A stretch of 64,000 nt of DNA from NCBI GenBank assembly GCA_963702845.1, contig OY969763.1, forward strand, positions 4,064,001 to 4,128,000. The letters are read 5' to 3'. Positions within the stretch are counted from its first letter, which is position 1. Each line of letters starts with the position of its first letter. This document shows positions 33,001 through 43,428 of the stretch, one piece after another. The translations under genes were made by a program, and so were the position numbers. The DNA comes from an uncultured Verrucomicrobiae bacterium. GTDB taxonomy: Bacteria; Verrucomicrobiota; Verrucomicrobiia; Limisphaerales; Palsa-1400. The notes beneath the pieces were generated by a model. The model was not told where the DNA came from. It did not search any database and saw only the letters and a list, made by a program, of their open reading frames with translations.

Positions 33001-33942
33001 CTACACCGAAATTTCCTGCGGCCCTTTGCCGCCGTTAAGAAGAAATAACACCGCCATGCGCACGGCTAGCCCATTCGTGACCTGTTCAAGAATCACCGAG
33101 CGAGCGGAATCGGCGATTTCACTGTCGATCTCAACTCCGCGATTAATCGGCCCTGGATGCATGATCAGGGCGTCCGGCTTGGCTCTCGCGAGGCGCGCTT
33201 TCGTCAAACCAAAGAGACTGGTGTATTCGCCAATGCTCGGAAACATCGTCTTGCGCTGTCGTTCGTGTTGAATGCGCAACAGGTTAATGATGTCAGCGTC
33301 GCGAATCGCTTCCTCAACATCGTGGGTCACGCGACAGCCCATTTGCTCGAACACTTTCGGCACAAGCGTCGAGGGGCCACACAACGTCACGTTCGCGCCA
33401 AGTTTCGTCAGGGCCCAAATATTCGAACGCGCCACGCGGCTATATAATATGTCGCCGAGAATCGTAACGTTCAGTCCAGCGACTTTTCCCTTCTTCTCGC
33501 GAACCGTAAACGTGTCGAGCAACGCCTGGGTGGGATGCTCATGCGCGCCGTCGCCAGCGTTGATAACACTGGCGTGCAGGAAGCGGGAAAGAAAATGAGC
33601 CGCGCCACTGGCGCTGTGACGCATGACGATCATGTCCGCGTTCAGCGCTTCCAGATTTCGCGCCGTGTCTTTCAGCGTCTCGCCTTTTTTGAACGATGAA
33701 GCGTCCGCGCTGAAGTTAATAATGTCTGCACTCAACCGTTGTTCCGCTAATTCGAAACTGATGCGCGTGCGCGTGGATGGCTCAACAAAAAGATTCACCA
33801 CCGTTTTACCGCGCAAGGCCGGCACCTTTTTAATTGCGCGAGTGCCGACCGCCTTGAACGCACGAGCGGTATCGAGCACTGTCACGATTTCATCGGCGGA
33901 CAGCGACTCGATATCCAGCAGGTGTTTGTGGCGCCAACTCAT
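33001..33942 (-). CDS. pyrB: Aspartate carbamoyltransferase catalytic subunit
   Basis: [18 protein letters not shown] and HPGPINRG motifs. Confidence 0.97.
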   Translation of the reverse strand: MSWRHKHLLDIESLSADEIVTVLDTARAFKAVGTRAIKKVPALRGKTVVNLFVEPSTRTRISFELAEQRLSADIINFSADASSFKKGETLKDTARNLEALNADMIVMRHSASGAAHFLSRFLHASVINAGDGAHEHPTQALLDTFTVREKKGKVAGLNVTILGDILYSRVARSNIWALTKLGANVTLCGPSTLVPKVFEQMGCRVTHDVEEAIRDADIINLLRIQHERQRKTMFPSIGEYTSLFGLTKARLARAKPDALIMHPGPINRGVEIDSEIADSARSVILEQVTNGLAVRMAVLFLLNGGKGPQEISV

Positions 33943-34472
33943 GGTTTATCAATAACGACTTCGTCGGTCTGGTCTTCTTCGCGAAAACGAACGATGACTT
34001 TTTCGGTCAGCGAAGTCGGCACGTTCTTTCCAACAAAATCTGCTTTGATCGGCAATTCGCGGTGGCCGCGATCAACCAGCACCGCCAGTTGAATTTTTTT
34101 CGGCCGCCCAAAATCATTCAACGCATCGAGCGCTGCGCGCGTGGTGCGTCCGCTGAACAAAACGTCGTCGACCAAAATCACGGTTTTATCGGCGACATCA
34201 AACGGGATGACAGTGGGATGCATTGGCGGGGCAGCATGAGCAGCGAGATCGTCGCGGTGCATGCCCACGTCGAGCATTCCAGTCGGCACCGGATTTTTCC
34301 AGATGTCGCTCACGATTTTGGCCAGGCGCTGCGCGACATTGACGCCGCCGCGTTGGATGCCGATCAGCACCACGTCGGCGCCGGACTCATTGGCCTCCAC
34401 AATTTCGTGCGCCATACGGGTGAGAGCGCGCTGCATCGCGCCGGCGTTCATGATTACGGTCGATTGCGGCAT
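33939..34472 (-). CDS. pyrR: PyrR attenuation protein/uracil phosphoribosyltransferase
   Basis: [19 protein letters not shown] and [17 protein letters not shown] motifs. Confidence 0.95.
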   Translation of the reverse strand: MPQSTVIMNAGAMQRALTRMAHEIVEANESGADVVLIGIQRGGVNVAQRLAKIVSDIWKNPVPTGMLDVGMHRDDLAAHAAPPMHPTVIPFDVADKTVILVDDVLFSGRTTRAALDALNDFGRPKKIQLAVLVDRGHRELPIKADFVGKNVPTSLTEKVIVRFREEDQTDEVVIDKP

Positions 34473-34571
34473 AAAAAAAATCGAACACCGGCTTAAAGCG
34501 TCGGCGTTCGACTAGCAAATTTAAAATGTCGTTTCATTTCCTTCGCGACCTCGCAGGATCGCTTTAAAGGA
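34473..34571 (-). promoter_or_regulatory. PyrR-binding loop and attenuator terminator
   Basis: Minus strand CCTTTAA...GATCCTGCGAGGTC..GAAGG fits the PyrR consensus; TCGAACGCCG/CGGTGTTCGA hairpin plus a T8 tract abuts the pyrR ATG. Confidence 0.85.
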
Positions 34572-34581
34572 CGTTGTTTCT

Positions 34582-34797
34582 TTAATTTCTCTCGTTTGGC
34601 TGACGCGTGCGTCGCCATTTGGCGCGATGATTCACAATCCAATCAGTCAATGCACGTTCAAAGCCGATGTCGTGACCGGCTTTTTCAGACTCAATCCATT
34701 TATGCTTAAGGATTTCCTCCCGCTCGGCCGTGAATTCGCGGTACAAAGATGATCGCTTAACAAGGTCGGTCCCGTTTCCACCTTCAAAGTTGGACAT
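34582..34797 (-). CDS. Small conserved protein (DUF4032-like)
   Basis: EILKHKWIESEKAGHDIGFE.A..DW motif. Confidence 0.7.
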   Translation of the reverse strand: MSNFEGGNGTDLVKRSSLYREFTAEREEILKHKWIESEKAGHDIGFERALTDWIVNHRAKWRRTRQPNERN

Positions 34798-34907
34798 ATG
34801 GTTCCGCTTCTTTAGTAAATTCATCTGGAGATTAACAAATCCTTAATTCGAACTCAATGAAAATGGGGATTTGCCCGATATCATCCTCGGAGCGGGCCGG
34901 ATATGTC

Positions 34908-35954
<1,047 letters not shown>

Positions 35955-36012
35955 ATCAAAAAAGCAAACTAATCGTGCGACGCGGACGGGACAAGGACTT
36001 TGAATAGTTTTT

Positions 36013-36101
36013 GGCCAGCGATGAACACAGATGAAACCTCGATTTGCAATTGCATCATCGTTCTATCCCGTCCGTATTTGATCTGTGTTTCATCCGTGGC
36101 C
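36013..36101. repeat. 9-10-mer-based inverted repeat (GATGAACACAGATGAAAC.../...ATCTGTGTTTCATCCGTGGC)
   Basis: Inverted arms between the divergent mrp and ceramidase-like genes. Confidence 0.6.
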
Positions 36102-36164
36102 AGGAAAACCGCAGTCATTTTAACTTGAAGCCAAACGAACCGTTTCGCATCGTAAACAGTCGCT

Positions 36165-37565
36165 ATGAAAATTCTCCGTCTGCTGTGCCTTCCCTTTTTA
36201 TTCGCTTTCATCACCTGCGCCAACACTCCGAAAAACGATGCCCCTCTTGAAATCGGCATGGCGGAAATCGACATCACCCCGCCCGTCGGTTACCGCATGG
36301 CCGGCTATTTCGACGAACGTTTCAGCACTGGCATCCACGATCCACTGAAGGCCAAAGCCATCATCTTCAAGCAAGGCAACGAAAAGATAGCGCTCGTTTT
36401 CTGCGACCTCGTCCAAGTTACCTTTCCGATTTCCGCCGCCGCCCGCGACCGCGCCGCCCAACTCTGCGATATCCCTAAACAAAACATTTCCATCCTCGCC
36501 ACCCACAGCCACACCGGCCCGCTCTTCGACGACGTCCGCGGCACATTTTTCAACGCCGACGCCATCGCCAAACACGGCAAAGACGACCATCAAACCATCG
36601 AATACTGCCCGTTCTGCGCCGACCAAATCGTCAAAGCACTCCAACAAGCCAACGCCAACCTCGCTCCATCGCATTTGCGCGTCGGCATCGCCCAACAAAA
36701 AGGCCTTCCGTTCAACCGCCGCTCCATCATGAAAAACGGCAAGGTAGGCTGGAATGTCGGATTCAATAACCCGAACTTCGTCCGCCCCGCCGGCCCCGTC
36801 GATCACGACGTCGGCATTCTCGAAGTCTTGCATGGCGACAAAGCCATTGGCGGCATCACCGTCTTCGCAATGCATGCTGACACCACCGGCGGCACAGAAT
36901 TCAGCGCCGACTATCCCTACACCATCGAGCAAACCCTGCGCAAAGCCGTTGGTCCCGATTACATTTCCGCATTCGGCGCCGGCACCTGCGGCAATCTCAA
37001 CCAGATCAACGTCCACACCAACGAAGACTTCAAATCCCTCGCCGCCGCTGAGCGCTACGGAAAAATGATCGGCCAAACCGTCGTCGATGATTTGCCGAAA
37101 CTCGAAACCGTATCCAAACCTTCCATCGCAGCCCGAAGCCAAACCATCGTTGCCGATCTGCAAAAACCCACTATCGACCAAATCGCCAAAGGCCGCGAAC
37201 TCCTGCCCGACCTCGGCACCGAAAAAGTCGACTTCTACAGCAAAGTGCGTTTAGTCAAAGCCGTCGACCTCGAACGTCGCGGCAATCAACTCCCGATGGA
37301 AGTGCAAGCATTCCGCTTAAGCGACGACACCGCCCTCGTCACCCTCCCCGCGGAAATCTTCGTCGAGTTCGGCCTCGACATCAAAAAACACTCCCCCTTC
37401 AAAAACACCATGGTGATGTCACTAGCCAACGACCGCCCCTGCTACATCCCGACCGTGGAAGGCTTCAAACAAGGCAGCTACGAAGCCGAAAACTCCCGAG
37501 TCGTTGCCGGCACCGGCGAACGCCTCGCCGCAACCGCGATTCAACTCCTCAAAGATTTGAAATGA
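36165..37565 (+). CDS. Neutral/alkaline ceramidase-like N-terminal domain protein
   Basis: DITPP...MAGY...HDPL.A, ATHSHTGP, SADYP and P.EIFVEFG motifs. Confidence 0.8.
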   Translation: MKILRLLCLPFLFAFITCANTPKNDAPLEIGMAEIDITPPVGYRMAGYFDERFSTGIHDPLKAKAIIFKQGNEKIALVFCDLVQVTFPISAAARDRAAQLCDIPKQNISILATHSHTGPLFDDVRGTFFNADAIAKHGKDDHQTIEYCPFCADQIVKALQQANANLAPSHLRVGIAQQKGLPFNRRSIMKNGKVGWNVGFNNPNFVRPAGPVDHDVGILEVLHGDKAIGGITVFAMHADTTGGTEFSADYPYTIEQTLRKAVGPDYISAFGAGTCGNLNQINVHTNEDFKSLAAAERYGKMIGQTVVDDLPKLETVSKPSIAARSQTIVADLQKPTIDQIAKGRELLPDLGTEKVDFYSKVRLVKAVDLERRGNQLPMEVQAFRLSDDTALVTLPAEIFVEFGLDIKKHSPFKNTMVMSLANDRPCYIPTVEGFKQGSYEAENSRVVAGTGERLAATAIQLLKDLK

Positions 37566-37566
37566 T

Positions 37567-39825
37567 TTACGAGCGGACTGGAGGGACAGGTTTGACCTCG
37601 ATGATTTCCTGACCAAGCACCGGCAGAGCGAGTTTTAGAGCGCCGTTCTGGAGCTGCTTTCCGGTAAAGACGCCCAATGCTTTGTCAGCAAAGCGCGCGT
37701 TTAATTGATACTTAGCGCGAGGCTCGACCCAGGGAATGTTAATTTTGCGCTCGTTCGCACCGCCGATGCCACGCAGCACGACGACGGCGCAGCCTTTAGG
37801 ACCGAGCTTTCCCCACCAATGCCAATCCTGATCCGTAGGCGCAGGCACGCCGCTGAATTGGAAATGACGGTAGATGTCATAATCGGCCTGCAGATGCTTG
37901 AGAAGATCGAAGCGCTTGCGGTATTGCGAGACGTTCTCTTCGGACAGACTCGCGAGATCGCCCGAAAAAACGGAAGGCGCTCCGAGAAGCCAACTCACGA
38001 TTTGTCGATCCTGTAGTTCCGGAGTAAGGCTGCCGTTGTAGCTTGCGGTATTCGCTCCATAAAATTCCAATGCGTAGAGGGGCAATCCACGATTTTCAAA
38101 AAAACGTTGTCGCGCGAAGAAACAGTTGTCGACAGTTTCTTTGCGAATAGTTTCGATGCTCTTCTGCTGACCCGGTTTTGGAGGAAGGCCAACAACGTGA
38201 TTGGGTGAAATGTGGTAGCGAACAGCGTGTTCGAGGACTGCGAGGTCACCGCTGACTCCCGGTGTGTTCCAATAAAGTTCGTGCGTGATTTCCGGGATGA
38301 GATCGGGTGCGCGTCGACGCATCTCGTCCTGGGCGTCAAGCAGCCCGCGAAGCGCGCGGAGGACGGAATCTTTGAGTGTGCGGCCTTCGTGACCTTCGCC
38401 GACATCGCCATAGATCGGGTTGCTAAAATCCTGCTTGTAGTAATCGATGCCCCAGCGTTTGTGAAGGTCGAGCAGGTCGTCGATATAATACTGCCGCCAC
38501 GGACTGGCAAAAGCCATGGCGTGCCCCGTATTGCGTTTGACGAGCGGGACGGAACGAGCGTCAGGAAATGCTTTGAGATCTTTCGATTCAGCATCGCGAA
38601 TGGAGGAGAGCCACAGACCGAGTTTGAGGCCGCGAGAGCGGACATAGCGCCAGGTATCTTCAATATCCGGAAACTTTTGGACGTCCGGTTCAGTGCCGAG
38701 TCGGCCGCGTTGCCAGCCATCGTCAATTTGAAACAACGCGAAGCCCGCGCGCCCGGCAACGTCAGCTTGTTGCCGAATAAGCTTGTCGTTGATATTCGGG
38801 CCGAACTGAGCCCACGAAATCCAAACCGGAAAATCGAGAGGCGCGGTGTCGGCGGCGATGCCGATACGTTGGCGCAAGAAATCCATGTAGGATCCCTCGA
38901 GCGTGCGGTCAAGCGGACGCGACACCGCCGAAGGGGTCGACTTGACGGGACCGCTGAAGGCGTAGAGAAAAACAGGTTCAGTCGTGAACGTTTCGCCTGG
39001 GCCGAGCACCCATTCGAACCAGTCGCGAGTGTAGCTCATCGCGCCAGTCTCGGAGATGGTGTGCAGCCCGGAGGGGATTTCATTGCCGAGGATGAAACCG
39101 CGAGTTTGGTCTTTGCTAGTGAAAGCAACGACGCTGGACTGCGCACCGTAGTCGGCGGGCGTCAAAGGCGTGCGAACCGGAAGCCGCGTTGAAAGGTCCA
39201 GCGGTTCGATAATGAGATTATTTAGCTTCAGCCAGTGCGAGCCCCCGTTGCGGATGGAAATCCATTTCCGAATGACGGCATGGTCGTCGTAGAGAACGTA
39301 ATGCAAGTCGATGGCCAAGCCGGCGAGCGGGCTATCCGATTTGGATGCGATCTGAATGACAAGATGCTTGAGCCCGTTCGGTTCAGTCATGACCTTCGAT
39401 GTGGCTGAGCTGAAGGACGCGGTGTCGAGATGCGCACCGTCGATGTTGACTGAGTCGACCCAATCGACGCTTTGACCGATGCGCTTGTCATCAAGACGAT
39501 CCGGCGTCGCGAGCTTGTTGAAAGTGGTGTGACTTTGGAATTCTCCACCCACGCCCGCCTTGAAGGAATCCGGACGGCGATCCGGTTTCGCATGGGAAAT
39601 CGTCAAAAGAAACTCGGAAAATGGTGCAGAAGTCGCAGCTTTGTGATCGATCGAAATTGTTCCCGTCACCACTTTCCCTCCAGAAATGTCGAGAGTTCTT
39701 TGGAGAATACCCGCGCGCAATGAAATCTTTTGTCCCGTGGTGGTAATCTCACCGCCGCGCGCACCGGCGACCAACAAAAGCATGCAGACTAGAGCGTTGA
39801 AATAAGTGCAAAATCGCGTTTTCAT
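37567..39825 (-). CDS. Alpha-galactosidase-like glycoside hydrolase (GH36/GH27 clan)
   Basis: FQIDDGWQ, KFP, GLKLGLW and DYYKQDF motifs. Confidence 0.75.
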   Translation of the reverse strand: MKTRFCTYFNALVCMLLLVAGARGGEITTTGQKISLRAGILQRTLDISGGKVVTGTISIDHKAATSAPFSEFLLTISHAKPDRRPDSFKAGVGGEFQSHTTFNKLATPDRLDDKRIGQSVDWVDSVNIDGAHLDTASFSSATSKVMTEPNGLKHLVIQIASKSDSPLAGLAIDLHYVLYDDHAVIRKWISIRNGGSHWLKLNNLIIEPLDLSTRLPVRTPLTPADYGAQSSVVAFTSKDQTRGFILGNEIPSGLHTISETGAMSYTRDWFEWVLGPGETFTTEPVFLYAFSGPVKSTPSAVSRPLDRTLEGSYMDFLRQRIGIAADTAPLDFPVWISWAQFGPNINDKLIRQQADVAGRAGFALFQIDDGWQRGRLGTEPDVQKFPDIEDTWRYVRSRGLKLGLWLSSIRDAESKDLKAFPDARSVPLVKRNTGHAMAFASPWRQYYIDDLLDLHKRWGIDYYKQDFSNPIYGDVGEGHEGRTLKDSVLRALRGLLDAQDEMRRRAPDLIPEITHELYWNTPGVSGDLAVLEHAVRYHISPNHVVGLPPKPGQQKSIETIRKETVDNCFFARQRFFENRGLPLYALEFYGANTASYNGSLTPELQDRQIVSWLLGAPSVFSGDLASLSEENVSQYRKRFDLLKHLQADYDIYRHFQFSGVPAPTDQDWHWWGKLGPKGCAVVVLRGIGGANERKINIPWVEPRAKYQLNARFADKALGVFTGKQLQNGALKLALPVLGQEIIEVKPVPPVRS

Positions 39826-40145
39826 TTTCTCAATCCACCGAAGGCCAGGACAAAGTTTGCTGTCACCAAGAACAGTGGTTAATTGGAACAGGAAGAAAAG
39901 TATCAAACGTCAAGATTTTGACGCCGCTCAAGGTCCGGTAAATATCTCAAATTTTGTAACAGCCGACGTGAGGAGGCTCTGACTCAATTTCACACCAACA
40001 ATGCTTCCGATGCATCGTCCCCGCAAAATCCAGAAAGGACATCGGCATGTCGAATGTGGCAACCAGCCGAAACGAATCTAAACTGAAAGTGCGAACTGGC
40101 GTAACGACACCTAAGTTACTTATGTTCTACTTTAGCCTTTTGCCT

Positions 40146-40536
40146 TCAGCCTTCAGCCTTTGTTTCCACGTCGTAGGTCGTGATCTCCAAAAAAAACCCG
40201 TCCGGATCAGAAAAATAAATCGAGTGCGAAATCTCATGATCCTGAAACTGAAATGCCACACCCTTTGCCTTTAGGTCGGTCCTGCGCCGCTTGAAAATCC
40301 GCATACGTCGCCGCTCGTAAAGCCAGATGCCAAGCCCGCCCATTCGTGGACGGCATCTCATTCGCTTTCTGCGGAAACAAAGTGAGAAACGTCGGCCCCA
40401 ATCGCAAAATAATCGGAACCCCACCACCGTGTCCGACAAACACATGCTCAAACCCAAGCGTCCTCACATACCATTCCTTCGACGCCTCCAGCGAAGCACA
40501 TCGCAAAGCCACATGATCAATCTGCTCTAAGCGCAT
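40146..40536 (-). CDS. VOC/glyoxalase family protein with a frameshift near 40280
   Basis: IDHVAL...WY...LGF and HLA in one frame; SIYFSDPDG..LEI in the next frame. Confidence 0.8.
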
Positions 40537-40589
40537 ATCGAAATATTCTTGATTTCTCGTTGCGTCACTCGGACAAAACCCGCGCGATT

Positions 40590-40703
<114 letters not shown>

Positions 40704-40827
40704 CTTCGATTTCTTCTCACCGCCTCCCGCACGCCTGAGCCAAAGACGAATCTCGCGAACTTTTCGCATACGGTCGTACCATAACCAGAATACCAGGAAT
40801 ACAAACGACAAGAAAGAAGGCTGCCGC

Positions 40828-42731
40828 TCATCGTGGCCAATTCTGAATCACCTTTTTGGTTTGCTCCGGGTTATGCTTCATGCGTAGCCGCCAGATGAGT
40901 TCTTCTGGACCGACGGTGCGAATGCTGGAGGGAAGCCGCTCGGCACACCACATAGCCGGGGCGTAGATGCTCTGGCCGCCCTTAGCGGCGGCTTCTTCCG
41001 GGGGCATCGAGGATATATCCTCGGCGTTCTCGTCGTTGCCGGGGGCTCGATTGAACCATGACCACGCATGTACGATTACCCAGTCATACCGTGGCTGCTC
41101 GCCACGCGGAGTTTTTCCCACGGTCTGGCGAATCTCGCGAGCAACTTTGGCCGGGGTTCCCGCGCGTGGTCGATAGTTCATACCGTTCCAGATCGAGTAC
41201 CGGGCGCTGAGCACCGCTCGATGCCGTTTCGGTCTTTGACCCAGAACGTCTTGCCGGCACCGGCTTCATAGGCATCGTACTGGAAGACCAATATGGCCAG
41301 CAGGCCGTCGGTTTGGCGAGCGATGACCTCGTAAGCTTTCAGGGCATCAGCGGAATCGACCTTTGCCAGATTGAACCCAATGATGCGCGTATTGTTCTTC
41401 TTCATCAGGGCCCAGGTGCGCTGCGCATGCCGGGCGAGCACCTCCCATCGATTCGGGCGCTTGAGACCGAAGCGGTCCGGGTAGTAGTAGCCGCCGCCCG
41501 ACTCAAGGAACGAGTCATTGGGCGATTGCGTACCGACCGCGTAGTCGATGGCTTCCGGGCACAACTGCGCCAGATGGGCGAAACAGCAGGACCACCCAAA
41601 CGGGAACTTCCCGCGGTTGGAATTCGCCCAGTAATTCGTGCTAAAGCGGGCGCGGAAGAAATCCCCCTCGGACCAATCTACGTTGTCGCCGTCGGTATCG
41701 ACAAAGCTCACCGCGCTGCGCGTGTCGTTCCAGTCGATCGTTTGCAGGTCAAAACTTTTTGCCTTCGATTGACTGGCTTCTTCGGTGCCGGCCATCAGGA
41801 CCGGAAGGTTGACAGCCCAGTCGGTGGCGGTTTGGATGTGTCCCCAGACAGTAGACATCTCGGTGGTCTTGAACTCGTCGCCACCGTTCCAGCCAAGGAT
41901 TGGCGAGAGCGGCTCAAGCCATTCCATCACAGTGGGCACCGGTTCGGCGTAGCCGAACACAACCAGAGTCCTCTGCGCAATGGCCAGATCGCGGACATTG
42001 GATTTTCGAGGATCCTGCGTGCAAACCATCCGGTGGTTGAAGCGCTCCTTGTAGGTTTCGAAACACCAACTCTGGGTCTTGTCTCGCACATCCAGCAGCA
42101 GTTTAAGGCCGTGCGCCTTGGCCTCTGGCTCCAGACTTTCGTCCACTATGACGCCGTCGAGCAGACCCGCTAGGCTGGTTGCCACGTTGACCGAGCAGTC
42201 CATCCCCGGACGATGCTGGCTGGTTTCACCCTTGGAAGAGTCAGACCGATAAAGGATGTAACCCTTGATGAGCCCCTGTTTGGCGTAGCGGTCAACCAGC
42301 TCCCAGGGACCGAATATTCCCCGCGTCTCCAGTTTCGGATGTCTCTGCAATAGCCGGGCAAACCAATCTTCCACGTCCACGTTGTCGTCGATACCGACCC
42401 ACACCATCTCATCGGCCCGTTTCTCATTCACCCCCTTCGCGGCCAGTCCCGCCACGGACTGGACCAGCATTTCGTACGGGACGCGCGGCGAAGGAAACGC
42501 GCTCTGGTTTCTCGTGCGCACCACCGCCTTGGGCATCGCCTGAACAGGCCACCAACGGTTTTCGTCCGCTGCGACCGACAAGGGGAGGCCCAGTAAAACC
42601 GCGGCAAGGCAGATAAGTTGAACGACTTTGTTGGCGGTCACAATATTCCCTTCACGAATATAATTATGCACTCCCACAATCCACCTATGTTCATAAGCAA
42701 TCATAACAGCGGAACTATTTCCCTGTTTCAT
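40828..42731 (-). CDS. GxGYxYP-family putative glycoside hydrolase, frameshift near 41210; start uncertain
   Basis: DGDNV.W, RGKFPFGWS and SGGGYYYP motifs; C-terminal VHAWSW in the shifted frame. Confidence 0.7.
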
Positions 42732-42920
42732 TAGGGCTGCTGCGTTGTGCCACTGTCAACCGTATTTGAGTCATCTTCGCGTCCTTTGCTCCCTTCGCGA
42801 GAGAACCTCTTCTTTCTTAATAAAAACCCGCATCCACTAAGAAGCCTTCCGCGCGCTACTCGCTTAAAATGGTTCGATGAGTATAAAACACACTCGCTCA
42901 ACGAGGAACGCTCAATCAAA

Positions 42921-43403
42921 TTTGTTACGCCTCGGCAGAGGGTCTGTAACGCCTTTTGTTACGGGTAAAAGTGAAAAAATCACCAATGTTTACAAGGGTT
43001 GTAACGATGTAACGGGTCACCCCCCTGGAAGGGTGGCTGCCCTGCCCGCTTTCACTCGCACTTTCACCTTTCCGCGAGCAAACGGGACCAAAATAAAAAC
43101 ATTTAGAAGTTCAATGCGGGGCTATCCGCACTTATCCGCGGTCATCCGCGCCAAAATAAAAAATTCCCAACCACGACCCACTATGACGACTACTGCGACT
43201 GAGGTGCGACTGACGTCAGATTTGTCGCACCGGGTCACACCCAGTCACAGTCAGTCGCACCCAGTCGCAGTAGTTTTTTTCCCTTTTTTCCAACTACGAA
43301 CTACCGCCAACGCTACTGCTAATTGGGTGCTAAGAATTTCAGATTTTTGGCACCACTTAGCACCACTCAGCAGTAGTTGGCACCAGTTAGCACTAGTTTT
43401 TTT
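42921..43403. repeat. Mosaic of four iteron-like repeat modules
   Basis: TGTTACG/TGTAACG x5; ATCCGC x3, GTCRCA x5 and GCA-based x5, each of the last three at a 10-bp period and ending in an A or T tract. Confidence 0.8.
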
Positions 43404-43428
43404 CCGCGTTTTTTGCAGACTGCCAAGA

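Noticed and set aside
42877..43428. N-terminal 184 aa of ORF 42877-43965
   Set aside because: It reads through the non-coding repeat mosaic; a signal-peptide start at 43429 fits better.
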